Shown: in pieces, positions 31,920-41,152 of the stretch
Position numbering within the stretch: the first letter of the stretch is position 1
Layout: every line of letters starts with the position of its first letter
Assembly (NCBI GenBank): GCA_965198065.1
Contig: CBDAON010000004.1
Location: 2,400,001-2,464,000 of the forward strand
Direction: 5' to 3'
DNA: 64,000 bases
Source: Longimicrobiales bacterium
GTDB lineage: Bacteria; Gemmatimonadota; Gemmatimonadetes; Longimicrobiales; Gaopeijiaceae
Position numbers and translations under genes: made by a program
Notes under the pieces: model-generated
What the model saw: the letters and a program-made list of their open reading frames with translations, nothing else
The model's database searches: none
What the model was told of the DNA's origin: nothing

Positions 31920-32807
31920 AGTCTCCAGGTCGAAGGTCCAGAACTCGTAGCGCCCGATGCTGGACGAGAGCCCGTACCCTTTCCTCCCGCCCGGCGCCAG
32001 CCGGAAGGTGACCGACTCGTCGGGCCCGATCGTCTCGAACTGGACCTCGCGACCCTCTAGGTCGACGGTGGCGATGCCCATCATGCGCCGGTTCTGGACC
32101 GGATCCGTGACGCGGAAGAGGCTGGTGTAGAACCCGCGTTTCTACGTGCGGGACGCCACGAGCGAGCAGGTCGAGATCGTGGACATCGCAGGGAAGCGGT
32201 CCATCGGCTCCTTCACATTGAGCAGCGGAAACACCAGCGTCCGGATCAACGGCCTCGTGCCGAGCCCGGACGACAGCTACGCGATCCTCTTCACGCGCGC
32301 CTACACCCGGCTCCCCGATCGCTATCGCATTGGAGACCCGGTCATCCTCAAGTACGACCTGGAGAGACGGGAGGTCATCGACACGATTAGCATCGCGGGC
32401 GAATCTGACCGGAGCAGGGGCAATATCATCTTTTCGGACAGCGGTGAGTCGGCCTACTTCTTCGCCGAGGGGGACGTCCTGGTCCTCGAGACCGAGGGTT
32501 TCACCGAGGTGGACCGCTGGGAGATCTCCCAGCCCTACGAGCCCGGCCTCGGGACCTTGGACCTGAGCTTCTCGCAGAGTCCGTATCAGGCCCGGGACGC
32601 GTGGAGCGCCGGGCCACCTTCCAGGGCCGCTCCCGCATGTCGCTCGAGGTCAGCTCGGACGGGCGGTACCTCTACATCCAAAATGCCGGCAACACGATCG
32701 ACATTTACGATGCCGGGACGTACGAGCACGTGCACCAGGTCGAGTTCGACGGTGACGTGACCGACTTCGTGATCATCCCGGCCGAAACCCCGCAAAGCGA
32801 CCGCTAA
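31920..32807 (+). pseudogene. qhpB: quinohemoprotein amine dehydrogenase beta subunit-like propeller, scrambled
   Basis: + strand 32137-32590 (RFYVRDAT...SPYQ) and ~32595-32807 (RVERR...GRYLYIQNAGNTIDIYD); missing middle piece lies inverted at 31920-32135. Confidence 0.75.
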
Positions 32808-32823
32808 GCGGTCCTCCAGTCCT

Positions 32824-34578
32824 TTGGGACCCTCGGACCTCCGCCGGGCGTTCCGGTATCTCCTTCCCTACCGGTGGGGCCTGGTCTTCGTGCTGGTCGT
32901 GAGCCTCGCGGGCACGGCCATCTCGCTCTATCTGCCGCTCCTTTCAAGGGGCCTGGTGGACGATGCGCTTCTCGGACAGGACATGCAGGCCCTCTTCCGC
33001 ATCGTGCTCCTCTTTCTGGCGATCCCAGTCGCCAGCTTCGTGCTCAACGTGGCCGCGTCGCTCATCTACACGAAGCTCTCCGCCGAGGTGCTTTTCGACA
33101 TGCGGGTGGACGTCTATCGGCACCTCCAGAGCCTCTCGCCCCGCTTTTACGCGGGCCGTGCGCTGGGCGACATCGTCTCCCGACTGAACAGCGACGTCGC
33201 CGAGATCCAGCGCATCGTGGCAGAGACCGCGCTGGCGTGGGTGACCAACACCGCCTTCCTCGTGGGCTCGGTCGCCATGCTCGTCTACCTGGATTGGCGC
33301 ACCTTCCTGGTGAGCATCGTGGTCCTTCCGCCGAGCATTGGGGTGCTCGTACGATACCGTAAGAAGCTCGAGGGGAGCGTGAGGAGGGTCCGCGAGCTGA
33401 GCGCCGATATCGGGAGCTTCCTCATCGAAACCATCCAGGGCATGAAGCTCGTGGTGGGCTCCAACGCGCAGCGGCGGGAGGTGGCGCGTTTTCGGGCCAA
33501 GAACGACGACTTCGTCCGGGCCCTCATGTCCATGCGGTGGCTCAGCTTCCTGGCGGGCGGGCTCCCCGGGCTGATCCTCATCGCCGGCACCTCGGCCGTC
33601 TTCCTCTACGGCGGCTCGCGGGTCATCGCGGGCGCGATCACGCTCGGGACGTTCGTGGCCTTCATGGCCTACCAGATGCGAGTCCTGATGCCGGTTCGCG
33701 GGCTCATGAACCTTTACGCGAGCCTGGCCGCGGCCAAGGTGTCGCTCCGGCGGGTGAACGAGCTGCTCGAGACCCCGCCGGAGGTCGTCGATCCGGAGGT
33801 GCCCGTCCAGCTCGAAGTGGCGAGGGGTGAGGTAGAGCTGGTGGACGTCACGCTCTCCTTCGGTCGGGGTGGGTCCGTGCTCACGGGGGTGAACCTGGCG
33901 GTGGGCTCGGGAGAGACGGTGGCGATCGTGGGCCCCAGCGGGAGCGGCAAGTCCACGATCGTCGACCTCATGGTCCGTCAGCTCGACCCCGACGAGGGCG
34001 CGATCCTACTGGACGGGCACGACCTGCGCACCCTGAGCCTCGAGGACCTGCGCCGACACGTCGTCCTGGTCGAGCAGGAGCCCTACGTGTTCCACGCGAC
34101 CGTGGCCGAGAACATCCGCTACGGGAGACCGGAGGCCGGCGACGAGGAGGTGCGGGAGGCCGCTCGGTCGGCGGGTCTCGCGGAGTTCATCGAGGATCTC
34201 CCCGACGGGTACGATACGGAGGTGGGTGTGAGAGGGATGACGCTCTCTGCGGGGGAGAGACAGCGGCTCGCGATCGCCCGGGCGTTTCTGGCCGACCCCG
34301 CGGTGCTGGTTCTGGACGAGGCCACGGTGAACCTCGATCCTGCCGCAGAAGAGCGAGTCATCGCCGGCTATCGGGCCGTCATGCGTGGCCGGACCACCAT
34401 CCTCATCACCCATCGCCTGGACCTGGCGCGAGCGGCGGACCGGGTAGTCGTGATCGACGGGGGTCGGGCGGTGGAGACGGGTCCGCCGGAAGCGCTCCTC
34501 GAGAAGCGGAGAGCCTTTTTCCGGATCTTCTCGGGGGAAGCCGGAGCCCGCGATGTGGCGGCGCGCTCGGGGGGATGA
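32824..34578 (+). CDS. qhpF: ABC exporter (fused permease/ATPase)
   Basis: TM domain, GPSGSGKST, LSAGERQR, LVLDEAT; qhp context. Confidence 0.85.
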   Translation: MGPSDLRRAFRYLLPYRWGLVFVLVVSLAGTAISLYLPLLSRGLVDDALLGQDMQALFRIVLLFLAIPVASFVLNVAASLIYTKLSAEVLFDMRVDVYRHLQSLSPRFYAGRALGDIVSRLNSDVAEIQRIVAETALAWVTNTAFLVGSVAMLVYLDWRTFLVSIVVLPPSIGVLVRYRKKLEGSVRRVRELSADIGSFLIETIQGMKLVVGSNAQRREVARFRAKNDDFVRALMSMRWLSFLAGGLPGLILIAGTSAVFLYGGSRVIAGAITLGTFVAFMAYQMRVLMPVRGLMNLYASLAAAKVSLRRVNELLETPPEVVDPEVPVQLEVARGEVELVDVTLSFGRGGSVLTGVNLAVGSGETVAIVGPSGSGKSTIVDLMVRQLDPDEGAILLDGHDLRTLSLEDLRRHVVLVEQEPYVFHATVAENIRYGRPEAGDEEVREAARSAGLAEFIEDLPDGYDTEVGVRGMTLSAGERQRLAIARAFLADPAVLVLDEATVNLDPAAEERVIAGYRAVMRGRTTILITHRLDLARAADRVVVIDGGRAVETGPPEALLEKRRAFFRIFSGEAGARDVAARSGG

Positions 34579-34579
34579 G

Positions 34580-35329
34580 GTGGGGGTGAGGGGCCACCGA
34601 ACTCTCACCCTCGAGCACCCGCTGCTCCGGGGGTCGAGCGGGCGGGGGGTGAGGGTGGCGGTCATCGACAGCGGAGCGCACGCCGCGCATCCGCACGTGG
34701 GAAGGGTGGTGGGGGGCGTCGAGATCGGAGAGGACGGGGAGGTCGGCTCGGACTTCGTCGACCGGCTCGGGCACGGCACGGCCGTCGCGGCGGCAATCCT
34801 CGAGAAGGCGCCCGACGCCGAGATCTTCGCGGTAAAGGTCTTCCGTGGTAGGCTGGCAACCACGGCTCAGGCCATCCTTGGGGCGATCGACTGGGCGGTG
34901 GACCAGGGGATCGGGCTCATCAATGTGAGCCTTGGGACCGTGGAGGAGGCGCACCGGGACGCGATGGCCGCAGCCGTCGAGCGCGCGAGAGGCGCGGGCT
35001 CGCTCATCGTCTCGCCGGCCGAGCACGAGGGGAGACGCTGGCTTCCCGGGAGCCTTCCCGGTGTCATCGGCGTGCTCCTCGACTGGGAATGCTCCAGGGA
35101 CGAGCTCCGCATCCTCTCCGGAGAAGGCGATTCGGTGCGCCTCGCGGCCTCGGGCTATCCCCGCCCGATCCCCGGGGTAAGCCCGGAGCTGAACCTCAAA
35201 GGCGTAAGCTTCGCCGCCGCCAATGTGACCGGTTTCCTGGCGAGGGCGATCGAGGAGCGGGAGGGTGGACGGGGGCGGCTCCGTTCGTCACCGCCGCTCC
35301 CGGATCTCCTCGAACGGTTGAGGGAATGA
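34580..35329 (+). CDS. qhpE: subtilisin-like S8 leader peptidase
   Basis: VAVIDSG, GHGTAVA, GVSFAAANVTG; start uncertain. Confidence 0.82.
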   Translation: MGVRGHRTLTLEHPLLRGSSGRGVRVAVIDSGAHAAHPHVGRVVGGVEIGEDGEVGSDFVDRLGHGTAVAAAILEKAPDAEIFAVKVFRGRLATTAQAILGAIDWAVDQGIGLINVSLGTVEEAHRDAMAAAVERARGAGSLIVSPAEHEGRRWLPGSLPGVIGVLLDWECSRDELRILSGEGDSVRLAASGYPRPIPGVSPELNLKGVSFAAANVTGFLARAIEEREGGRGRLRSSPPLPDLLERLRE

Positions 35330-35469
35330 AGAAGCCATTGGTCTTCGTAAGGCGGCCAGAGCGAAGCAGCTTCGATATAATGTCTAAGCCGCGTAGGGCT
35401 CAATCGGAAAGAGGCCGTGCGACGTCCAGCACCTGTCAGTAACCCGTCATCACTTGAAAGGGGGGCGAC

Positions 35470-35939
35470 ATGAGAAGCGCGATCTTCGCAGCCACTGTCC
35501 TCTTCGTGCTCGGCAGTCCGGCGCATGCCCAGCAGACTCAGCCGCCCTGCGGCCCGGCCGTTCAACTGCCGAGCGAGTTCTCCACGAATGTGGCAGCGGA
35601 CTCGCGCTGCTTCGAGATCCGGATGTACACGGCCGATACGTCGCGCGACGGCGTCGGCGATTACGAGCGTGCTATCGACGAGCTGCATCAGCGCTTCGAG
35701 AGCAAGAGGTCGCGATATTCGAGAAGCACGGCGCGGAGGTCGTCGCTGTATGGCAGAGCCTCGAGGACTCCAACACCTTGATCTGGATGCTGGCGTATCG
35801 TGACCGCGCCCATCGGGAAGAGGTCTGGGCAGCCTTTCGTGCCGATCCGGAGTGGACCGCTCTCCGAGCGAAATACCCGGTGGGTGTCAGTAGCCAGGTC
35901 TTCATGATGAGCGCGTCCGACTATTCGGCGCTCAAGTAG
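35470..35939 (+). pseudogene. secreted NIPSNAP family protein, frameshifted
   Basis: CFEIRMY, LHQRF / IFEKHG, WAAFRADPEW, DYSALK; frame change at ~35698. Confidence 0.8.
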
Positions 35940-36030
35940 GGCCTGGCCCACATCTTCGCGGGGATGTTGGAGCGTTTCTAGCGCTTAACCAGAGGCGCTA
36001 CGTCTTCTTGCCGCCTCCCTGAGCGCCCAG

Positions 36031-37464
36031 GAGTCAATCCCAAAGTTAGTTGAAACTGGAGCGGCCTCCGTCTCAGGCGACAGCATGTGAACGGCTCTCG
36101 GGAAGGGTGATCCCGAGGTCCTTCTGGATCGCGGCCCTGAGGAGCGGGAGGTGTCGGTACCCGAGCAACCTCCGGAGCCGTGACTAGATCTCCAGGAGCG
36201 TGGTCGCGAGCCATCGGTGCTTCTGGCTCGAGTTCTTCCAGTGGTCCACGCGTCCGCACCTCTGCTCGGCCAGGGCGTTCACGGACTCGAGCACGTTGGT
36301 GGTCTTGAGCGACTGGCCGACCAGGGGGAAGACTCCCAACCGGTGGAGGGTGAGGGTCTCCTCGAACCCCTCATCGAGACTGGCCGCCGCGGACTGGTTC
36401 ACCCCCGCGAGCTCCTGGCGCAGGGCCTTGAGGTCCTTGACGGCCTCTTCGTACGTGGGCCGCTGGTAGGCGCGCTGCAGACGCTGGCGCCAGCCCTTCT
36501 GCTCCGCTCTCGGCAGATACGAGATCACGTTCTCCCGCTTGTGCCACTGGCACCGCTGGATGAGCACCTGTCCCTTGAAGACCGCCAGGACGCCGCTCCG
36601 GAGACCGCGGGCTCCATCGATCACCACGAGCGCTCCGGCCGACAGGTCGAGACCTCGGTCCTTCAGACTCCGAAGGAAGGATCGGATCACCACGGCGTTC
36701 TCCGTGTCGGTCTGGACGAACCCGAGGAAGACCTTGTCCCCCTTGGTCGTCACCCCGAGCGCGACGACCATCTCGTCCTCGGCAAAGCTCTTGCCGTCCA
36801 GGACGAGTGCCACCCCACGTCGTAACCCGAGAGGTCCCGCTCCTGAAACTCCTTCAGCTTCGCGGCCGTGGCCTTCTTGAACTCCCGCGAGACCGTCGAC
36901 TTCGACAGCCCGATGGCTCCAGGCACCGCCTCGACCGCTGCCTCGTAGTCCCGGCACGAGATCCCGAGCAGCACCTTCCGAAACAGCCCCTCGTCCATCT
37001 CGCCGGGCGAGCCATGCAGCTGCTCATACGCCGCCAGCCTCGACTCTCCGGCCGGGCCTCGCACCCGCGGTACTCGCACCGGATGCCGCTGGCCGCCCAA
37101 CCGCACCGACCCTGGGTTATGCCCATGCCGGCAATGTCGATCGTCCTCGGTCTTCCTGGCGTGACGTTGCCCCGCCAGTTGCTCCACTTCCTCCTCGAGC
37201 ATCCGGCCCACCTCCGCCAGTCCCAGCGGAATCAGCTGCCGGATCAGCTCCACCCGAGGGTCCAGCTCCAGCGCCTCGATCTCCTCCCAACTCACCTCCC
37301 TCGGTTCCCCGAGCCGCCGGTCCTTCTTGCCCCCGCTCGACGAGCCTTGGCATCCTTCCCATCGGTGGCCTCCTTCCTCTCTTGTGATCCCGTGGTGTGG
37401 TCGCACACCCACGTTACCTGAGGTTGGAGGCCGCTTCAATTTCAACTAAAGATGGGACTCACTC
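36031..37464 (-). mobile_element. IS256 family element, defective transposase
   Basis: imperfect TIRs GAGTGAGTCCCATCTTTAGTTGAAA / GAGTCAATCCCAAAGTTAGTTGAAA; IQRCQWHKREN, LKTTNVLESVN; frameshift ~36815, TAG 36184-36186. Confidence 0.92.
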
Positions 37465-37659
37465 CCCCGTTGCCCTTCTCGCGTTGATCTCACCCGACGA
37501 GCGCTGGTCAACGAAGGTCTCCCACTCCCGCAGGGTGATGCTGTGCGCATCGCGGTTCGGACCGAGGAAGCGCCGCCACATGTCGGCTTGGTGACGGTCG
37601 GCCTTCTGCTGACGCGGACTCTTTCGAGGTGTGCGGTGCTTCAGGTAGAGATCTAACAC
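37465..37659 (-). pseudogene. probable tyrosine integrase N-terminal fragment cut by IS256
   Basis: LDLYLKHRTPRKS...MWRRFLG...ITLREWETFVDQR resembles integrase core-binding region; no catalytic domain. Confidence 0.45.
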
Positions 37660-38204
37660 CTGGCCCAGTGGGCCCGGTCGGACCTATACCCGACAGGCTC
37701 CCAACTACGTGCGGTCCTGAGGTGATCTACCCCCCTAAAACGAGACCGAGTCCAGTTTTAGAATCTGGACGGGGTCAAGACACGAAAGGGGAGGGCACAA
37801 TGGCCGCACCAAAGAGGCTGAGTCCGGCACAGATCATCAACCGGCTACGCAAGGCAGAGGTGGCCCTGGCGAACGGCAATACGACCAAAGAGGTGTGGCG
37901 AGACCTGGGGGTGAGCGAGCAAACGTACTACCGATGGCGGCGGGAGTACGGGGGAATGAAGCTGAGCCAGGCGAAGCGTCTCAAGGAGCTCGAGGGAAGG
38001 AGAACCAACAGCTGAAGCGGGTGGTGGCAGAGCTGACGCTGGACAAGCTGATCTTGAAGGAAGCCTCCGAGGGAAACTTCTAAGCCCCGAGCGGCGCAGA
38101 CGCTGCGTGGTGCAAGTACGCCAGCGGCTTGGGGTGAGTGAGCGCAAGGCGTGCCGGGTGTTGGGCCGGTAATTGTATACTTGCCGCACAGGCGGGGGAG
38201 GGCA

Positions 38205-38378
38205 TTATATTTCTTTCATGGATGACGCATCGTTAGTCTTGGGCTTCTTTTCGAGGGTCGCGTCGATGGTTCTCATTACCTGCTTCCCGAATACCTTCTC
38301 CATGATCTCGCGGCCCGTTTTCTCGCCGATATCTCGGGGCACCGTACGCCGCCGCTTCTTCTTGGGAGTGTGAGTCAT
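38205..38378 (-). CDS. small basic hypothetical protein (57 aa) in IS1595
   Basis: MTHTPKKKRRRT...; AGGAGG 12 nt upstream; ATG overlaps the transposase ATG head-to-head. Confidence 0.4.
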   Translation of the reverse strand: MTHTPKKKRRRTVPRDIGEKTGREIMEKVFGKQVMRTIDATLEKKPKTNDASSMKEI

Positions 38379-39264
38379 GAGCAGCGTCAACCTCCTGACG
38401 TTAATGGATCGATACAACAACGATGCGAAGTGCCGTGACGCACTGGAGCGCATCCGCTGGCCGTCCGGGGTAGCCTGCCTACGGTGCGGTGACATGGACG
38501 TAGGAGAGATCGAGAGCCGGAACCAGTTTTGCTGCCGTTCATGCGACTATCGGTTCAGCGTGACGTCCGGCACGATCATGCACCGGTCTCACCTGCCGCT
38601 CCGAACGTGGTTCTTGACCATCTACCTCATGTGCGAGAGCAAGAAGGGGATGAGCGCCAACCAGCTCAAGCGCACATTGGGCGTCACCTACAAGACGGCA
38701 TGGTACCTGTGCCACCGCATCCGTGAGGCCATGGGCAACGATCCGTTCACCGGTCCCACCCTGGTCGGAGTCGTCGAGGTGGACGAGACCGTGGTCGGCG
38801 GCAAGCGCACGGGCGAGAACTGGCGCGACAACAAGCACTGGGTGGCCGGAGCCATCGAACGCGGGGGCCGCGTCCGCATCGAGCGTATCCCGAACATCAG
38901 GAAGAACACGCTCCATGCCTTCATCCGTCGTGCCGTGAAAGACGAGGCCGAGGCGATCTACACCGACGACCTCAAGTCCTACATCGGCATCGGCGACCAC
39001 GACACCCGCCACGAGACGGTCAACCACTCCGCCGAGGAATGGGTGATCGGTGACGTGCACACCAACAGCATCGAGGGCGTCTGGAGCCTGTTCAAGCGCT
39101 CTATCGTCGGCACCTTCCACAAGATGAGCGTCAAGCATATGGACCGCTACCTCGAAGAGCTGGAATGGAGGTTCAACAACAGGCACAACCCCTATGTATT
39201 CCCCGACACTCTCCGCCGCATCATGCACACCGATCCCCTGGAGTACCGCACCCTGGTAGCCTGA
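38377..39264 (+). CDS. IS1595 family transposase, intact
   Basis: CLRC...CRSC zinc ribbon, EVDET, IYTDD, HTNSIEGVWS, YLEELEWRFNNR. Confidence 0.95.
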   Translation: MSSVNLLTLMDRYNNDAKCRDALERIRWPSGVACLRCGDMDVGEIESRNQFCCRSCDYRFSVTSGTIMHRSHLPLRTWFLTIYLMCESKKGMSANQLKRTLGVTYKTAWYLCHRIREAMGNDPFTGPTLVGVVEVDETVVGGKRTGENWRDNKHWVAGAIERGGRVRIERIPNIRKNTLHAFIRRAVKDEAEAIYTDDLKSYIGIGDHDTRHETVNHSAEEWVIGDVHTNSIEGVWSLFKRSIVGTFHKMSVKHMDRYLEELEWRFNNRHNPYVFPDTLRRIMHTDPLEYRTLVA

Positions 39265-39270
39265 ACCTAC

Positions 39271-39299
39271 TTGCGTTGTGCTCCAACGCGCTATACCCT
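39271..39299 (+). promoter_or_regulatory. candidate sigma70 promoter inside IS1595
   Basis: TTGCGT-17 nt-TACCCT just after the transposase stop. Confidence 0.5.
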
Positions 39300-39307
39300 T
39301 CCCGCAC

Positions 39308-39435
39308 GGCACAATCATGCAGGTATCCGAGTCGGGTTACCTGCTGAATACAACAGCCGGATGATCGGTCGGGAATAGCTACCCCGGCCCCGGCGAATAG
39401 GCGGGACCTCTCCGCATTGTCTGCGTGATTGTGCC
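39308..39435 (+). ncRNA. candidate structured RNA or structured 5' leader
   Basis: 16-bp closing helix 39308-39323/39420-39435 with two G-U pairs enclosing several hairpins. Confidence 0.5.
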
Positions 39436-39492
39436 AATGGCCCGGCGCCATTGCGGGTGCCGGATTCGCCCCCACCAATTTTAGGAAAGGCC

Positions 39493-39756
39493 ATGCCAGA
39501 GCCACGTCTCCGGAACGTCGATTCCGAGAATCACCTGGAGCAACTTGTCGAGGACTTCATAACGCAGGGTTACGATGTGCTTAACCGTGGCGAGAATAGC
39601 ACACTTGTACGAAAGAAGACCTACGGCTCCGGAGCGACTCATCTCGTGGTCTTTCTTCTCACGGTGTGGTGGACGTTTGGCATCGGCAACCTGCTCTATG
39701 CCATCATCGCTCATAGTCGAGCTGAAAAGGTTCTGGTTCGCATTCGCGAATTATAA
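39493..39756 (+). CDS. small membrane protein, IS1595 passenger
   Basis: AGGAAAGG RBS; 87 aa with hydrophobic hairpin HLVVFLLTVWWTFGIGNLLYAII. Confidence 0.75.
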   Translation: MPEPRLRNVDSENHLEQLVEDFITQGYDVLNRGENSTLVRKKTYGSGATHLVVFLLTVWWTFGIGNLLYAIIAHSRAEKVLVRIREL

Positions 39757-39786
39757 GCCCCTAGACTAGGATCCTTCGCCAGCCCG

Positions 39787-40242
39787 TCACAGGTCTCCCC
39801 TGTGCCGGATCAGAAGTTTGCCCATGTTTGATTCCAACCAGACCCGAAGCCGCTCCCTGTTGTAGGTGCCCTCACTGAGCATAGCTCCGGGGCTACTCTC
39901 AAACTTCTTTAAGATCTCGAAGCGAACGCTCATCTTGACCGCTGGTTTCATGCCGATGGTGGCGTGTTGTAGATAATTGTCAATAATCGCACCGGCAGTA
40001 ATGTAGTCCGCTGTGCCGTCCGGCTTAGGATGTTTCCGTGACCTTTGAAGTCTTCCCCAAGTAAACAACAAGACGCCCAGCAGGACCGCAAAAGGCGCAA
40101 ATTCGGTGTAGAGGTTCATTGGCTCGAGCCACGCTGCCCACGCGCCTCCATCGTCGATGAGGCCAGGGATGCCCCAAATCCCGAAGACGATACCGATCCA
40201 TTCCCATGGCCCGCGTGGCCGCCAACTCGCCTTTCGCCGCAT
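39787..40242 (-). CDS. hypothetical membrane-anchored protein, IS1595 passenger
   Basis: 151-aa ORF, two N-terminal hydrophobic segments, lower GC. Confidence 0.55.
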   Translation of the reverse strand: MRRKASWRPRGPWEWIGIVFGIWGIPGLIDDGGAWAAWLEPMNLYTEFAPFAVLLGVLLFTWGRLQRSRKHPKPDGTADYITAGAIIDNYLQHATIGMKPAVKMSVRFEILKKFESSPGAMLSEGTYNRERLRVWLESNMGKLLIRHRGDL

Positions 40243-41152
40243 CCAGGCACTTTAACCGCATCCATGCTGTGCGTCAAGTATACAATTACCGTTGGGCCAG
40301 GCACGCTCGACGCAGCGTCGGATACCGAAGCGAAGCGAAGATGAGGAGGTGCTGAGAGAGGACGTGGTGAAGGTGGCTCGCAGGTTCGGGCGCTGCGGGT
40401 ACCGGATGGTGACGGGGATGCTGAGGACGGAGGGCTGGGCCGTGAACCACAAGCGGGTGGAGCGGATCTGGAGACAGGAGGGGCTCAAGGTGCCAAGTAA
40501 GCAGCCGAAACGAGGGAAGGCTGTGGCTGACCGACGGTTCTTGTATCCGACTGCGGCCCCTGTACCGACACCATGTATGGGCGTATGACTTCGTGGCGGA
40601 CCGGACGCATGATGGACGGCCGCTCAAGATGCTGACGGTGCTGGATGAGTACAGCCGGGAGTGCCTGGCGATCGTGGTGACTCGCAGGCTTCAGGCGGAC
40701 GATGTTCTGCAGACGCTGAGCGAGCTGTTTGCCGAGCACGGTCCACCGGCGAATCTTCGCTCCGACAACGGTCCGGAGTTCACGGCCCGAGTGGTTCGGC
40801 AGTGGCTCGGTGAGCTAGGCGTGAAGACGCTGTTCATCGAGCCGGGCAGCCCGTGGGAGAACGGCTACAATGAGAGCTTTAACGGCACGCTCCGAAACGA
40901 GCTGCTGAAGCGCGAAATCTTCCATTCGCTGGAGGAGGCGAAGGTGCTGATCGAGCAGTGGCGGCGCGAATACAACACGCATCGACCGCACAGCTCTCTG
41001 GGTTATCGACCCCCGGCCCCCGAAGCGATCCGGCCAGACCCAAAGCTGCTCAACCTACCTCTGCTTCTTGGACCACCCCCCAGCCAAAAGGAGGTGCTTG
41101 GACTAACACTCTAGGTGGTACCGCTTTTGGGGGCAGGTCACTTCGCCACGTG

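Larger units (their letters stand above)
38168..40290 (+). mobile_element. IS1595 family element with passenger genes
   Basis: 24-bp TIR GGTAATTGTATACTTG(C/A)CGCACAG; 8-bp TSD GTTGGGCC at 38160-38167 and 40291-40298, single in IS3 copy 2. Confidence 0.95.
37723..41140 (+). mobile_element. IS3 family element (copy 1), interrupted by IS1595
   Basis: TG..CA ends TGATCTACCCCCC / GGGGGCAGGTCA; orfA HTH (LGVSEQTYYRWR), GGGAAAC frameshift motif at orfA end, orfB DDE (RSDNGPEF, PWENGYNESFNG). Confidence 0.92.

Noticed and set aside
39341..39415. Hammerhead or HDV-like ribozyme within the IS1595 RNA
   Set aside because: CUGANGA/GAAA core and the HDV pseudoknot pairings could not be built.
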